Shown piece after piece: positions 24,915 through 41,541 of a stretch of 64,000 nucleotides of DNA; position 1 is the stretch's first letter, and every line of letters starts with the position of its first letter. Origin of the DNA: Octopus bimaculoides (taxonomy: Eukaryota); NCBI RefSeq assembly GCF_001194135.2, contig NC_068986.1:31373778-31437777 (forward strand). The letters run 5' to 3'. Both the position numbers and the translations under genes were made by a program. Below the pieces are notes generated by a model that saw only the letters and a program-made list of their open reading frames with translations, was not told the origin of the DNA and ran no database searches.

Positions 24915-26009
24915 CATATATATATATATGTATATATGTTTACACATACATTACTGAGTTTTTGTAATTTCTTTCTGTCAACCAAGACTAGTCAACTCAT
25001 TGTCACAGTAGAAGACACTTGTCCAAGGTGTCGCACAATAAGATCAAACCCAAAATCACACCTGCACCCATGTGCAAGGAATCAAGCTATTAAAGTCTGA
25101 TTAGAAATGCAAGCACTAAATCCAAACAAAATCAATATCGAGCCTTGGGATATGTTGCATATTATTATTATTATTAATAGCTCTGATTTGCCTTCCACTA
25201 TAACATGTTTAAATATGAAAAAAATCACAGCAAACAAATTTTTATGATACTCCAGATGTTCAATTCATTTTTAAAGTTCATTTGATCCATTTTATTAAAG
25301 GCTGCAGAAAGATTTAGTAACAAGAAACCTGAATAGACACTATCATGGGAGTTCCAGTAGATGATGTTGCTTCATAATCTGAACAAGGATGTTTTATTGT
25401 TTATATATTTTTACACCCTATTCTCAGTTAGTTTGTCCATGGAGCAAACACATGGGACTTGTTGATTAACAGTTGCATTAAGCACATGGGAGCAGTTGAT
25501 TAATAGTTGCAATTTCGAGATGAAGTGACCAAAATAATAAAATTTTGATCATTTAGAATTTTCATCGTGAAATCAATATTCTGTTTATCAAAAGTCATCA
25601 TAGTTTCAAAATCCCCATTAAGCAATTTAATTTTCAATGTTTATTTATTTGTTTATTTTATTTCCCCCTATTCCCCCAATAAATTTACTGTTTTTGGCCT
25701 TCTAAAACGTATTCATATTTTTGATTTACAAACATATAATCACAGGTATTGTTAAGTTTGCTTTACAAGCATGTAATTTTAGGTTCAGTTCATTGCACAG
25801 CACCTTGGACAAGTATCTTCTATTATAGCTTTGAGTTGACCAATACCTTTTGAGTGAATTTGGTAGATGGAAACTGTGAAGTCCATCATGTATGTATATA
25901 TGTAATGTATGTATAAATAATGTATGAATGTGTGTGTATATATGTGTGTGTGTGTGTGCAATTTATGTATGTATTTAATATACTTGTGTATGTATATATG
26001 TATGCTAGT

Positions 26010-26220
26010 ACTGCCTGACTGGCCTTTGTGCCGGTGGCACGTAAAAGCACCCACTACACTCTCAGAGTGGTTGGCATTAGGAAGGGCATCCAGCTGTAGA
26101 AACTCTGCCAAATCAGATTGGAGCCTGGTGTAGCCATCTGGTCTACCAGTCCTCAGTCAAATCGTCCAACCCATGCTAGCATGGAAAGCAGACGTTAAAC
26201 AACAACAACGACGACGATGT
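26010..26220 (+). mobile_element. RTE-type 3'-tail repeat (family C)
   Basis: ggcacgtaaaagcacccactacactc...ccatgctagcatggaaagcagacgttaaac(aac/gac)n. Confidence 0.85.
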
Positions 26221-27021
26221 ATGTAATATATGTATTTGTATTTTTCCCTTCCCCATGGCTTGACAACTAGTGTTGGCTTGTTTAAAGCACTGTAACTTAA
26301 CAGTCTAACAAAAGTGACTGATGGCTTAAGTACCAGACTTAAGAAAACTAAGTACCGGGGTCAATTTGTCTGACTAAATCCTTTGAGGCAGGGCCCCAGT
26401 ATGGCCTCATTCGAATTACTAAAACAAGTAAAAGATAAAAGATATCTCTGAAAAAACAACAAAAAATAAGTCATAGATATAATTCAAAACACTTAGATTA
26501 GATTTCATTAAGATAATATGCATGATTTGTGGTTCATATTAAGTAATATTTTGAAGACTAGAGACAGGTTTTTGCCATATGCTGTTCCCTGCACTCTAAA
26601 AAGAAAAGAAAAGAAATGCTAAGCAGTAATCATAGTCAGTTAATTATATACTATTACATAATTGACTAATTAATGTTAATGATGTCAATTACGTTGTTAG
26701 CCTTGTGAGTGACTTAGTCAATGAGTTGAGATATGGAGAATTGTGTTAGTTTATCAAAACATTCTGTCTTACTATCATGAGTGTTATTTACATAAAAGTT
26801 ACTGTTATTTTAAATAGTGACATTAATGTGACAGAGGAAGCTGAAGTTTAAGAAGTTGGGACTCATCAAAGAAATTCTCAAATACATTAGTTCTGTACAC
26901 TGAAAATAGTCTTGGGTTGGCAGATAAATTTATTCATTTTTTTTCCCCCTAGTTGGCACTCCTTTGTTAAATGTCTGAAAAGTGGTAAAATCTATTCAAA
27001 TTTCGAAAATGATGAAGAAAA

Positions 27022-27378
27022 GGCGCAGGAGTGGCTGTGTGGTAAGTAGCTTGCTTACCAACCACATTGTTCCGGGTTCAGTCCCACTGCGTGACACCTT
27101 GGGCAAGTGTCTTCTACTATAGCCTCAGGCCGACCAAAGCCTTGTGAGTGGATTTGGTAGACGGAAACTGAAAGAAGCCCGTCGTATATATGNNNNNNNN
27201 NNCTTGACAACCAATGCTGGTGTGTTTACGTCCCTGTAACTTAGCAGTTCGGGAAAAGAGACCGATAGAATAAGTACTAGGCTTACAAAGAATAAGTCCT
27301 GGGGGTCGATTTTCTTGACTAAAGGCGGTGCTCCAGCATAGCCGCAGTCAAATGACTGAAACAAGTAAAAGAGTAAAG
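27022..27378 (+). mobile_element. SINE family A, full length (10-N gap inside)
   Basis: GGCGCAGGAGTGGCTGTGTGGTAAG head through the AAGTAAAAGAGTAAA tail. Confidence 0.92.
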
Positions 27379-27837
27379 AAAGGATAGAGCTACAAAACAA
27401 AACCTCATAAAACACTACAATAAGAATATTTTTCATGTTAATCTAAATAACATTGGAAAGGATTGAAATAAACAAAAAAGACTAATGAATTTATTTGACA
27501 ACGTAATATATAGCTCTTCACACTCCAACCAACACATTGAAACTATGAGGTGGGTGCTGAAAAGTTCCTGGTTTGGGGTAAAAGAAAATACAGGGGGATT
27601 GATTTGATATGAATAATTTATGATAATTGGAGTATAGATATTTTTGTCAGGTTCCTGAAGTAAAGGCAACTTCTACATCAGCATTTCATAACATTATTAT
27701 AACATTATTGGAAAATTTCAGCTGTGTTTTAATAACCAAATTCTTTTTATAACATACAAGTTGTTATATTCTGATTCAAATTTGCAAGTTTTGCTTTACA
27801 TTATTAATAATTAGTGCATTTAAATGGAGTTGCTATG

Positions 27838-28240
27838 GAGGCACAGGTATGGCTATATGGTTAAAAAGCTAACTTTGCTGCCAGTTTTAGGTTCACTGCT
27901 TGGCACCTTGAGCAAGTGTCTTCTAGTTGCAAGTAGGTTGACCAATGCCTTGTGAGTGAATCTAGTAAATGGAAACTGTGTGGAAGCTCAGTGTGTGTGT
28001 GTGTGTGTGTGTGTGTATAGGTATGGCTTTTCATTTGTATTTGTCTACCACTGTTTGACAAGTGTTGGTTTGTTTATGTCTCTGTAACTTAATAGTTTGG
28101 TAAAAAAAAAAGAGACCAATAGAATAAGTAACCAAGCTTACCAAAAAAATAAGCACGCTGGGTTGATTTGTTCAACTATAACTCTTTAAGGTAATGCCCC
28201 ATTATGGCTGCCATCGAATGACCAACATAAGTAAAAGATA
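27838..28240 (+). mobile_element. SINE family A, older copy
   Basis: Degenerate head, (TG)n and 3' half. Confidence 0.78.
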
Positions 28241-29179
28241 ACAGATAAAAGATGAGGCTAGTTTCCTGCAGATTATGTTGTTTATATTTGCTGACTAAGG
28301 TAAAGATTTAAAAAGGAAACCAGTTTTGGAAGTACAAAATCTACTACTAAAGCAGCTATTTTATCTTGTAGTGATTTTAATTTACTAATACAAAACCAAG
28401 AAAAATTAAACAAATTTGGTAAACTGAAGTCTTGCTGTGGCATAGAATGAAGGAGAAACATTGCAAAGTCTCAGCAGTTGAACTAACTTCATCTGAAACT
28501 TTTTTTAAAGTCCTCATTAAAGTTAACTGTTGTCATGAGGCTGACTAAAGCAGCTCTTAGCTTTGTATAAAAAAAAAAAGATTATTTCCCAACACAAGAG
28601 TAAGCTAATTCTTACTTATTAGTTTCAGTATGATATTCATTAATTAATTACTAATACAGCTGTTGAAAACCGTCTTCTCTTCCCCGCCAAATTTCCTTCC
28701 AGAGTAAGACTGTATATATTTTAAACACACAAGTACACTTTGGTACACTGTTTCAGTTTTCATGCTGTGTAGGTGTATCAGTAATTACTCAATTAACTAC
28801 AAAATGCAAATTAGCTCACCCTTATGTAAGCCAAGAAGTATTTTCTCTATGATTAGTAATTGTTTTTACTTGGCAATCCCAGTGACAGGATTAAATAAAC
28901 CCTGATGATGACTTAAAGTTCAGAATTATACAGTCCAGTTGACACTTGAGCTGAAGTGCTTAGTGTAGTAGTTCACTATGAACCCCTATGAACCCCTTTG
29001 ATTCCTAGTTTACTCTACTGGGCCTCCATAGCCATTTGATGTTTAAGAAATTCTATTGTATTTTTATAATTAGATATTATTAAGAATTATATAAAAAAAA
29101 TTTGCTAGAATATTTTGTGTATTGTAGAAGTATAACCAATTTATTTGTACATAAATTTTTAGCAACAAAACTATATACA

Positions 29180-29223
29180 AACCTTGCCAAGGGCCGCATG
29201 GACCCCAGTTGAGAACCACTAGC
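29180..29223 (-). mobile_element. hAT-type (Charlie-like) terminal fragment
   Basis: Minus strand TAGTGGTTCTCAACTGGGGTCC resembles the CAGTGGTTCTCAAC hAT terminus. The partner end was not identified. Confidence 0.4.
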
Positions 29224-30643
29224 TTAGTGGTTATATCGGCCAGACTGTACATGCTTCATAGTAGGCATTTAGATCTGAGGAAACCAATGATTGGCTCACT
29301 ACTTCTGCACAATCTGTTTGGTACCATTAGAAAACATCACTTTCCTGTTGAGGATATTTTTCCTCTTTCTCACAGTGAACCAATCTTTGTTCCTCACTTT
29401 TGAAATATATACGTTTCAAATGAACCAACAACATAATCTCTTGATCTCTTGCAATTATCAGTCAATTCTGTTAATCTGCAACTTTCCATTTTATTCAAAA
29501 AATTTTTTTTTTTAATGTTAGTACATAGTGCATGAAATTACTCCAAGAAACACCCCCCCCCCAAAAAAAAACAAACAAACAAACAAAACAAAAAATAGAT
29601 GAACTAGTCATGGCTGAAATGCTTTTGATCACAAAAAGCCTGTTCAGTCAAAGCTGACCAGGTGTTATGCAACAACAAAAATGACAACAACACATGCTGC
29701 AATAGCAAATAATTTTTAATTCTAAATTGTTGTGTCTATATTGTTGAAAAATTCTAAGCCCTAGTTTGCTTAAATTAATCATACCATAAAACTATGATTA
29801 AACAACATATAAAAAATTCATTTTCATTTAGTTAATTTTACTGAAACATTTTTCATCAGTATATTCTATTATTGTTGTTGTTGTTTCCAACTTTTAATTA
29901 AGAGTTTTATATTTTCAATGAAGGTTTCCACTTTTTTCCTTTACTTCATCAAATTTTATCATCTTGCTTTTATATTTTTAATCTTTACATTTCTAATATT
30001 TTGTTTATATTTCTCACTTTTTTTTAACTATTTGTTTTCATCAAATAAACAAAATTTTGTTAGCAAATTATTATGAGCTTATGAGGATTTCTAATACTTT
30101 AAATGTCAATATTAATTGATTAGTTTATTTTTAGGAATTCTTTAATCCTTTAAGGAAACAGGTACTGAAAAAAACTAAAGTCAGATACTTAAGCAGCAAA
30201 ATGGAAACAGATGGGTTTTTGTATGTTGTGTTTTTATTTAAGTTCTTTAATAAATTACAGAGTAAAATTAGCTGGTATTTTTATGGCTAGAAGACTTCTC
30301 TATCAGCTATAATGATGCTGTGTAGCCTTGATTAATTAATAAACATTACTATGACTCCTTAAGAAGTAAATTAACTCCTTGTTTGATCAGCCATTTCAAG
30401 GTGTTTATTAAATTTGTTTTCTGCTTTTAATTATTTCAATTTAATCAAGAAATAAGAAAGTGGTTCAGTTCATAACTGTGTGAAATTCTGACATGTAAAG
30501 CTAAATCACAAGGATTATAGAGGCAGCATTTATCTTTTATTGTTCATAGTGAGGAGTGAATACATTACTCATCTCACAGGGTTAAACTACACATTTCAAA
30601 TTAGCAAAACATTTGTTGATTCTGAAATTACTACTGTATATAT

Positions 30644-31210
30644 CATCATCATCATCATCGTTTAACGTCTGCTTTCTATGCTAGCATGGGTTGGACGATT
30701 TGACTGAGGACTGGTAAACCAGAAGGCTGCACCAGGCTACAATCTGATCTGGCATAGTTTCTACAGCTGGATGCCCTTCCTAACACCAACCACTCCGAGA
30801 GTGTAGTGGGTGCTTTTATGTGCCACCGGCACGAGGGCCAGTCCGGCAGTACTGGCAATGGCCACACTCAAAATGGTGTTTTTTACGTGCCACCTGCACA
30901 GGAGCCAGTCCAGCGGCACTGGCAACGACCTCACTTGAATGATTTTCTAATGTGCCACGAGCACAAGTGCTAGAAGGCGACGCTGGTAACGATTACGCTC
31001 AAATGGTGCTTTTTATGGGCCACTAGCACGGAAGCCAGACAGCTGCTCTGGCAATGAACTCGCTCAGACAGTGCTGTTAGTGCTCCACTGGCACAGGTGC
31101 CAGTCATCGAGTATGGTTCAATTACGATTTTGATTTCACTTGCCTCAACAGGTCTTCGCAAGCAGAGTTTAGTGTCCAATGAAGGAGAGGTTGGCACTGG
31201 TGCCAGTTGT
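30644..31210 (-). mobile_element. RTE-type 3'-tail repeat (family C), long copy
   Basis: (CAT)n gtttaacgtctgctttctatgctagcatggg...gtgccaccggcac with repeated GGTGCTTTTTA-GTGCCAC modules. Confidence 0.88.
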
Positions 31211-31489
31211 CGGATTCGGTTTGATTTCGATTTCAGATTTAAAATTTCAAATTCCAAATATATATATATATATATATATATAAAACCTATAAGGTCAAGT
31301 AACCTCTATGTAACCCCAACAAGATAATAAAAAAAGAAACTCAATGTGGTTCCTCAGTTTGTTGGAAATAACAGCAAAATCCTCTGTAGATTGTACTCAG
31401 CCACCTGGTAGAAAAACAAGACCCATTAGATAATGGTATCTTAGAAATTCCTAAAAAGACAAAGTAAAAATGAGATCTAACAGTAAAAA

Positions 31490-33600
<2,111 letters not shown>

Positions 33601-35574
33601 ATATCCTTCTTGGGTATGTTATACTATTGCCATCTTTATTATCTGGAACATGATTACTCAACTCCTAATATTGTTTCTTTGCAAAAATGTGCTAAAATCT
33701 CCTTTATCTTCTTCACTCAAATCATCATCCTGACAAAGAGACTGAGACAATATTATGTTCTGATTCTATTTTCCAAGAATCCTCTTTTGCTTTCATATCA
33801 TTTACTTCTTTATTTCCCCTACTTCCCCTTTACTTTTTTTTTTATCTAAGCATCTAAAGCCCCTCTTTGCCAGCACTCTTCTTTGTCTCTGTCTCTCACT
33901 CTCTTTATTTGTTTTGTTTTTGTCCTGTTGTTTGCTCCACTTGGTTGCACTTTCTTCATTTGGGGTATAAACAAAATATATTCAACTATTTGTACAGACA
34001 GTAGATATCATCTTAAACATTAAAAAACATGAGAAACCAGTGGTAACCTATAATGATACTACCTTGTTCTCTATATTTGTATATACATACCTTTATGCAT
34101 GTTACATGAACCCTCCGGTGTTGCTTAGCCTAACACAACCCTCTAAAGACGTTTCATAGTTACCCTTACTATACAATTGACTTATAATGTATGATGCACA
34201 TTCTCTTTGCATCATACAAATATGTAATTTCAATTCCTTCTCAGAATTAATTACACTCGTTAGGCTGATTAGTATAACCAAATTTTAATGTTAACTCTGG
34301 TCATTTGTGGTGTAGCAAGTAAATTGTGAATTTAAGTGAACCCTACAACACAACTTTATCTTAAAGGGCACAGTTTTTCGCTTGCAAAGTATTGATCTAC
34401 CTGAGGCTTTGATAGGAAACACTTGCTCAAGGTACTGTGCAGTGGGATCAAACCTGGAACTATGTGGTTGTAAAGCAAACTTTTTCACCACATAGCCATG
34501 CTTGTGTGACTATTGTTGACTGTGAAGTTATCAAATTTAGAATATCTTGTAAAAAAAATAAAAATGAAATGTTTTTATTATTTTTTTGCTAAAACATTCA
34601 CTAGATTTGTTTGGCTTAAACACCTCCAATTTTATATATTTTTTCTTCATGAAATTATATTGTCATGAGATTTTCTTCTTAATGTACTATTCGCTCAGCT
34701 TCTTCATCCTTTCTTTTATTTATTCTGTGACAAATAGAATTCATTTTCTTTTTCCCACAGTTACTCGGTTGAAGGGACTTCTCACTATCCATGTACCCTC
34801 TCTTCCTGTTTAAGTTTATAAAAGAAATCAATCTTCTGACAATTCTACTATATAATAATCACCTCATTTTTCACACAAACCATAAGAAAAATAACTTATG
34901 AAAAGCTTATTGTTTTCTTTTTGCTGTTTTTCTTTCTGAAGTAACCACCCTTTGTACTATTGTATTTTGATTATATATGTCAGCAAAACTTGATCTATTC
35001 TCTTCCTTTTTCAAGCCATCTGGTTATGTTTTATGTTTCTTTTTTTTGTTAATTATTCAAAATGTGCTAAACCTATCTGTTTAGTCCTCTTAAGCAATAG
35101 GAAAGTTGATGACTTTCAAAAACAAAAAAAAAAGCAATACTACTTGGTTGTGAGCATTTTTTTTTAGAAGCAGATTATCATTAACTATTATTCACTTCTG
35201 TGAAACTTAATTTTGTCTCTGAATTACTATTTTAATCCTTTTGTCTTTCACTTGGACGTTTAAGTACAGTTTGAGCTGCTTTATTTATTTTTTAATGTAT
35301 AAGGTTTAAGCAATGATTATAAAAAAGTGAGTGTTGAGAACTATTCTAGTGATAAATACTAATAACTATTGTTTCAGTTCTCAGTACTGAAATTTTAAAC
35401 AATGTATTTTGTATCCAGTTATAGTGACTAATTTGATTTTAAACTGTTTTCTACAAAATGATAAATACTGATTTTCACTGAGCAAAATTTTGGAAGGGAA
35501 GTTTGCTCAGTGATGATTATATCAACCATTCTTTTCCTTCTGTTACTTATTTATTATTCCCAGAATAATGATTT

Positions 35575-35785
35575 CAAATTTTGGCACAAGCTCAGCAGTT
35601 ATAATGGAAGGGGTAAATCAATGATATTCATCCCCAGTGTTCAACTGGTACTTATTTTATTGGCCCTGGAAGTATGAAAGGTCAAGTTGATCTCGGCAGA
35701 ATTTTAACCCAGAATGTAAAGAGCCAAAAGAAATGCTGCTGAACATTTTGTCCTACTCACTAATTCATCTACCAGCTTGCCACCT
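35575..35785 (-). mobile_element. SINE family B (degenerate)
   Basis: ccccagtgttcaactggtacttatttt...tgaaaggtcaagttgatctcggcagaatttt is the reverse complement of family B. Confidence 0.78.
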
Positions 35786-36437
35786 TTTTTCTTATCCCTG
35801 AATAATGAAAGATAAAGTTGACCATAGTAAAGATTGGAACTCAGGACACAGAGCTGTAACTAAAATACTGGAAGGTAGTTTGTGCTATTGGTTCTACCAT
35901 TCAATGCCCTTCCACTTTATAAATGTTGATTTCTTACATACAAGGAAATGATTTCATTATGTTCATGCTTTATCCAAAAGCCAGATGAATAAAACAATGT
36001 CACAAATTTTATTTACTAAAACATCTTACTTCTATTACTGTGTTGTATTATAGGCTTCACAAATCTTTTAGACGAGAGTGATTGACACTACAGAAGCCCA
36101 TTGTATCATTATCATCATCATTTAATATCCGTTTTCCATGCTTCTTTTTATTTGCTCTCTCTCTCCCATTTTTCTCAGCATACATTCAATGTCTTTTTCT
36201 CTCTCCTTCTCTCTTTCTCTCTCCCCCTCTCTCTCTCACACATGCACACACATACACAGAGTACCTAAGTTCTATTAATGTTTAAATATTGATCTCTCCC
36301 ATTTACACAAGGCCATGTTTTCATAGAGAAGAGTGTATCTGATTGAATCTCTCTCAATATATGACTAGTATTTATATGACAGTTTCCAGTGGGATTTTAA
36401 CTTACATATAGATATAAACCCAAATACCCTAGCACAA

Positions 36438-36537
36438 TTCTGTCACCATGTACCATTTCTGTCACCATGTACCATTTCTGTCNNNNNNNNNNTCTGTCAC
36501 CATGTACCATTTCTGTCACCATGTACCATTTCTGTCA
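36438..36537. repeat. 19-bp minisatellite (TCTGTCACCATGTACCATT), collapsed across a 10-N gap
   Basis: At least two full identical units lie on each side of the gap. Confidence 0.9.
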
Positions 36538-37136
36538 ATACTTCTTCTTTTCAAAGTTTAGATATTAACTTCACTAAAGCTGCTTACCAAAATAAATTAA
36601 ATATTTACAAATAGATATTGTGAATGAAGTCTTGTTATTGTTAGATAGTTATAAAAGAAATTCACTAGTGGTTGTTCCACTGTGCAGTTTTCTCTAAAGT
36701 TCACTTATTTCATTTGTCAATCATTAAATACTTCTATGTAATTACTGTCTGTAGATTAGGAAATTTTCTTTTCACCAGTGAAATGCCAGGAATAGATATA
36801 GAATATTGGTAGGTCACACATACACACTAACACACAGCTAATTGTGTTTGTTTTAATGCTGTTTTTTTTCTTTAGTTGAAGCATAGACATTGAAATACTC
36901 CATGTCAAATCAGTTATTTTTGCTGATGCGAAAGGTATAATTATCATTTTAATATATACCTGACAATCTAGATAGTGATAATCAAAGTGATAATTTAGTT
37001 GTGCTTTTGTACGTATATTGTATGTGTTTAAGTATGTATGTGTGCATCTATGCTGTACATATATTTATATATGTTTATGCTTGATAGGTCAACTGTTTTC
37101 ATATTGGTGTATTTTTCAGTTGATATTTTTTCTTAA

Positions 37137-37176
<40 letters not shown>

Positions 37177-37240
37177 NNNNNNNNNNTTGTTTGTTAGAAT
37201 CAAAGAGCCACAGATTTGAAAACAACTTTGTAGTGAGTGA

Positions 37241-37284
<44 letters not shown>

Positions 37285-38760
37285 TATAGCTGAAAATATT
37301 GATTACTGATGGAGAGCCTGAATTTCTTCTTTCATGTTTTTCAAAAATGATGAAATAGTGTTAAATTACACACACACACACACACACATGTTAGGAGCAC
37401 ATATAGAGCTAAGTTAAAAGTGGAAAAATGCAGATGGAAAGGTGGAGTTACAAATTCTCTGGATGTCATTGATGGTGTGTGTGTGCGTGTGTGTGCGTGC
37501 GCGCATTTTTCCAGTTGTTTGTTTGCATCTTTCCATTTGATTGTTTGCATATGTGTATGTATGTGTATATGTATGCTTGGATCAGTGAAAATTTCTTTTT
37601 GCAAGAAATATGAATCTCAAATTGTATTTTTCAATATTGATGTTAGAACATATAAATTCCTCATCTTTAATAAAAAAAAAAATAAAAAACTTATTCACTT
37701 TGAAATCTCTTTCAACTCTTGCAGTGTTTTGTGATGTCAATGCCACACCCATTTTTTAGGTTTACATTAAAAGACATGATAAAATTTCTATAAGAAATTG
37801 AAGCATTTCTTTCTCACAATAGGAATTTATAACTTGCTTGTTCCAGAGAGAAAATATTACTTTAATCTAAGTCTGCAAAATCCTACTTGTGTACATTTCA
37901 AAATGCATTAATTTCAGTCTCTACTGATTTTAATCACCACACAAACATGAAATAGAACAATGTAATGACAGCAGTCAGCTCCAGAATATTTAGACTGTTC
38001 AATCCCCAAGTAAATCTTCAAAATAAAAATTAGAAACACTACCAGTTGTACTGTCTACAAAATCAAAGATGCTTTACAACTGAACTATTTATCAAATGGT
38101 ACCCAGTAAACTTCACCACAATCATTGTATCGTGTTACTGAGCAAGACACATAATTCTATCTACTTTACTTTTGTAGTAGGCTTAACAAATTGCCTGGTT
38201 TAACCCTCTCATCTGGTTCTTGGGTGCTTTCAGCAAAGTTGAATACGTTGCAGACTTTGAGGCTAGACTTCCATTTCCCCTTATGTCAACGTTTATTCCT
38301 GCAAACATTGAGCTGCAGAGGTTTAAGTGAAACAGTAGAATTAAAAGAAACTTGTGGTGGTCTATGTCAGCTATTAAGTACAAAATAGTTCAGAAAGTGG
38401 AAAAGTTAGTTTATAGCTGGCATTTGGGTTGGGTATCAGACATATCAATCATCCCAATCTGGGAGGACCTACAATGGTCATAGATACTATTACTCCTCTT
38501 TTAATTAACTTATAAAACAATAACCAGTATGCCTAGTTGGCAAACAGTTTGCACTTCCTGCCGTTTTTGATGCTTAACCCTAGATCAGCTGACACTCATG
38601 TAGAAAAGTATAAAGTAAAACTATGAACTCAGTTAATGAGAACGTGTAATAACTCTGCTTAAAATGTGTGTGTCTGTGGTTACTAATCAGTTCTTTAGTT
38701 TATTTTATTGATTCGTTTGAAAATGTGAGAGAGAAAAGATACTTCAAATCAAAGGATTAA

Positions 38761-38978
38761 CCCTTTCGTGACCAACCTGCCTGAAACCGGCTCTGGCTCT
38801 GTAGTACAAATGTCTTGTTTTCATAAGTTTTGAATTAAAATCTTCCACTAAACCTTAGTCACAATTTATGTTCCTAACACTAGCTTAATGATAACTAAGT
38901 TATTTTACTAAATTCTTTATATTTAAAATAATTGAAAGTAACACAGAGCATCTCAAAATAAATATGGTAACGAAAGGG
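38761..38978. mobile_element. piggyBac-type MITE, 218 bp
   Basis: TTAA|CCCTTTCGTGACC ... GGTAACGAAAGGG|TTAA: 13-bp terminal inverted repeats (12/13 match) starting CCC, with TTAA duplicated on both sides. Confidence 0.88.
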
Positions 38979-39415
38979 TTAAACACTGATGCAGCAAAAT
39001 TATGGTTCAGCAATTTTTAACTTTTTGTCCATCTATGGCATACTGAACAAGGCACTAAAAATGTTACAATATACCGTTACCTTTCAAATGTTTTATCATA
39101 TAGAAACTTGGAGCACCATCTTGAAGGATTTATTCAAACAAATTGATTCCAGTATTTATTATTATTTTTTTAAAGTCTGGTCGCCTTTGCCAAACCACTA
39201 AGTTATGGGGACACAAACAAACCATTGGTCTTCAAGCAGTGGTGGAAAGACAAACACAGACACACACATGCTGGGATTCTTTCAGTTTCTGATTACCAAA
39301 TCCACTCACAAGTACTAGGTTGTAATGTCACTCTCTTTCCCTGTTTTTATCTTTGTATGTCTAATGCTTCTCCATTTTTCTATCTATCTATCTATCTATC
39401 GGCATGTATATATTT

Positions 39416-39451
<36 letters not shown>

Positions 39452-39805
39452 NNNNNNNNNNNNNNNNNNNNNNNNNNNNNNNNNNNNNNNNNNNNNNNNN
39501 NNNNNNNNNNNNNNNNNNNNNNNNNNNNNNNNNNNNNNNNNNNNNNNNNNNNNNNNNNNNNNNNNNNNNNNNNNNNNNNNNNNNNNNNNNNNNNNNNNNN
39601 NNNNNNNNNNNNNNNNNNNNNNNNNNNNNNNNNNNNNNNNNNNNNNNNNNNNNNNNNNNNNNNNNNNNNNNNNNNNNNNNNNNNNNNNNNNNNNNNNNNN
39701 NNNNNNNNNNNNNNNNNNNNNNNNNNNNNNNNNNNNNNNNNNNNNNNNNNNNNNNNNNNNNNNNNNNNNNNNNNNNNNNNNNNNNNNNNNNNNNNNNNNN
39801 NNTAG

Positions 39806-39885
39806 AGAAGATGTAAATATTATATTTGTTGTACACAATGAAGATAATACTTGGAATTTTAACAAACGAGATACTTATGTTAAAG
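39806..39885 (+). CDS. A2M-family exon (MG1), EDVNIIFVVHNEDNTWNFNKRDTYVK
   Basis: Open frame ends AAAG|gtatat in phase 1, matching the next exon. The start is uncertain because only 'tag' is visible after the N-gap ending at 39802, so the exon may extend into the gap. Confidence 0.75.
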
Positions 39886-40681
39886 GTATATGTATATATC
39901 TATTTTTTTTTTTTGTACTTGGTTTGCAAGATTCTTGATACAAATTTGTATGTTGAAATAGATTTTGTTGTATCTCAGAAGGTTCATTATGCCAATAATA
40001 AGCACACAGAAGGGCATTCTGGTAGTTTATTCCACATCTTCACATATCAAGCCACGAAGCTGTTTGACAGTTTATATGTTTAACATAAACCAACATCAAG
40101 CAGTGTCAATGCACACACACACACACACACGGGGGGGGGGGGCTGCCCTGCAATTTTTGACTACCAAAATTCACTCACTTTGTATTGGTCAACTGAGAGT
40201 AGATAAGAAAGCACTCACCTATGGTGCTTCACAGTAGGAACTTAAAATTACAAGGCCACAAAAAGAACTTCTTAACCACACAGCTGAAAATCTTATGAGT
40301 CAAAATAAAACATTAGGCGTGATGTATACAATATCTACATCTTAGCTTTACTGCTTTGTTGGTACCATTTCATATATGTCGCTAATAACAACTTCCACAA
40401 AATAAAAACATCAGAACTTCCTTTTTTCATTGCCGTTGTAAATCTAGAGCCTTGTGCTTATATAAGAAATCCTTATTTTGACTAGTCATAACTCCTAAAT
40501 TAAGTTGGAGGGAGCCACCGGGACTATTACAAACAAAGGATGAAAGCAGAATGTAGTTATTATCATCATGTATTTTAACCTGGGTGTCCAAACTCTTCTG
40601 TTTTTAACCTAAAAGAAAAACTTGCAAAATGTTTAAAGCTATGCATTCTACACCCTTGTTTTCTGCACATACACTCCCCCT

Positions 40682-40720
<39 letters not shown>

Positions 40721-41504
40721 CACAGCACCACCACCGTCACTACCACCAACTCTACCATCACCATCCTTAAACCATCTTCACAGCAATGCAAGAATACTGA
40801 AACTAAAGCCATACCATCTACATATGACTGCAAGAATATCAATGGCTGCTGTCTGCTCCAACCCAGATACTTCCTATAACTACATATCTAAACAACCATG
40901 TATATCTAGGCTCAGCAACGGCACATAAAAAGGATATTATAGCACCGTTTTCAAAAACACAATCTCTTCAATCAGAACAAATACAAACTACACATTCACA
41001 CCAAAAGAAAAACCAGCAACAGCAACAACAACCACCACATTAGGTTTCCATTTTGTGTTGGGTTGCTAAGGAACTCCCAGGAATCAAAACTGAGCAGCAA
41101 GCAAATCTTTTGCTCATCTCTGATATAATCATCACCAGAATTTGCATTCACGCAAAAACAGATTTCTTTTAGATTATTATTTTTCTGCTTGTTGATAAAA
41201 TTAAGGTGCTTTAGCATGTTTTTTTAAAATTTTTTAAAATTTTATTTCATTATTATTTATTTTTTGTATATTCTCATTTATATCTTTCATCTCTTCATGG
41301 TTCCAGTCATTAGACTTCATTCATGCTAGGGCACCATCCTGAACAGTTTAGTCAAACAAATCAACACCAGTATTTTTTTTTTTTGCCAAGTGGTGATGGT
41401 GGACAGACAAATACAAAGATGCACACAGACACGCATATACATATATATAAGTATATGTATAAATTAAATACCCTTATATATATGTATGTATAAACTATAT
41501 ACCC

Positions 41505-41541
<37 letters not shown>

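Noticed and set aside
28900-28930. CCTGATGATGAC...AGAAT hammerhead-like core
   Set aside because: There is no GAAA and no cleavage triplet or stem I.
37822-37910. GIYNLLVPERKYYF...TCVHF, superficially like A2M MG1 'YMVLVP...C'
   Set aside because: There is no donor in the phase needed to join the 39806 exon, and the frame ends in a stop.
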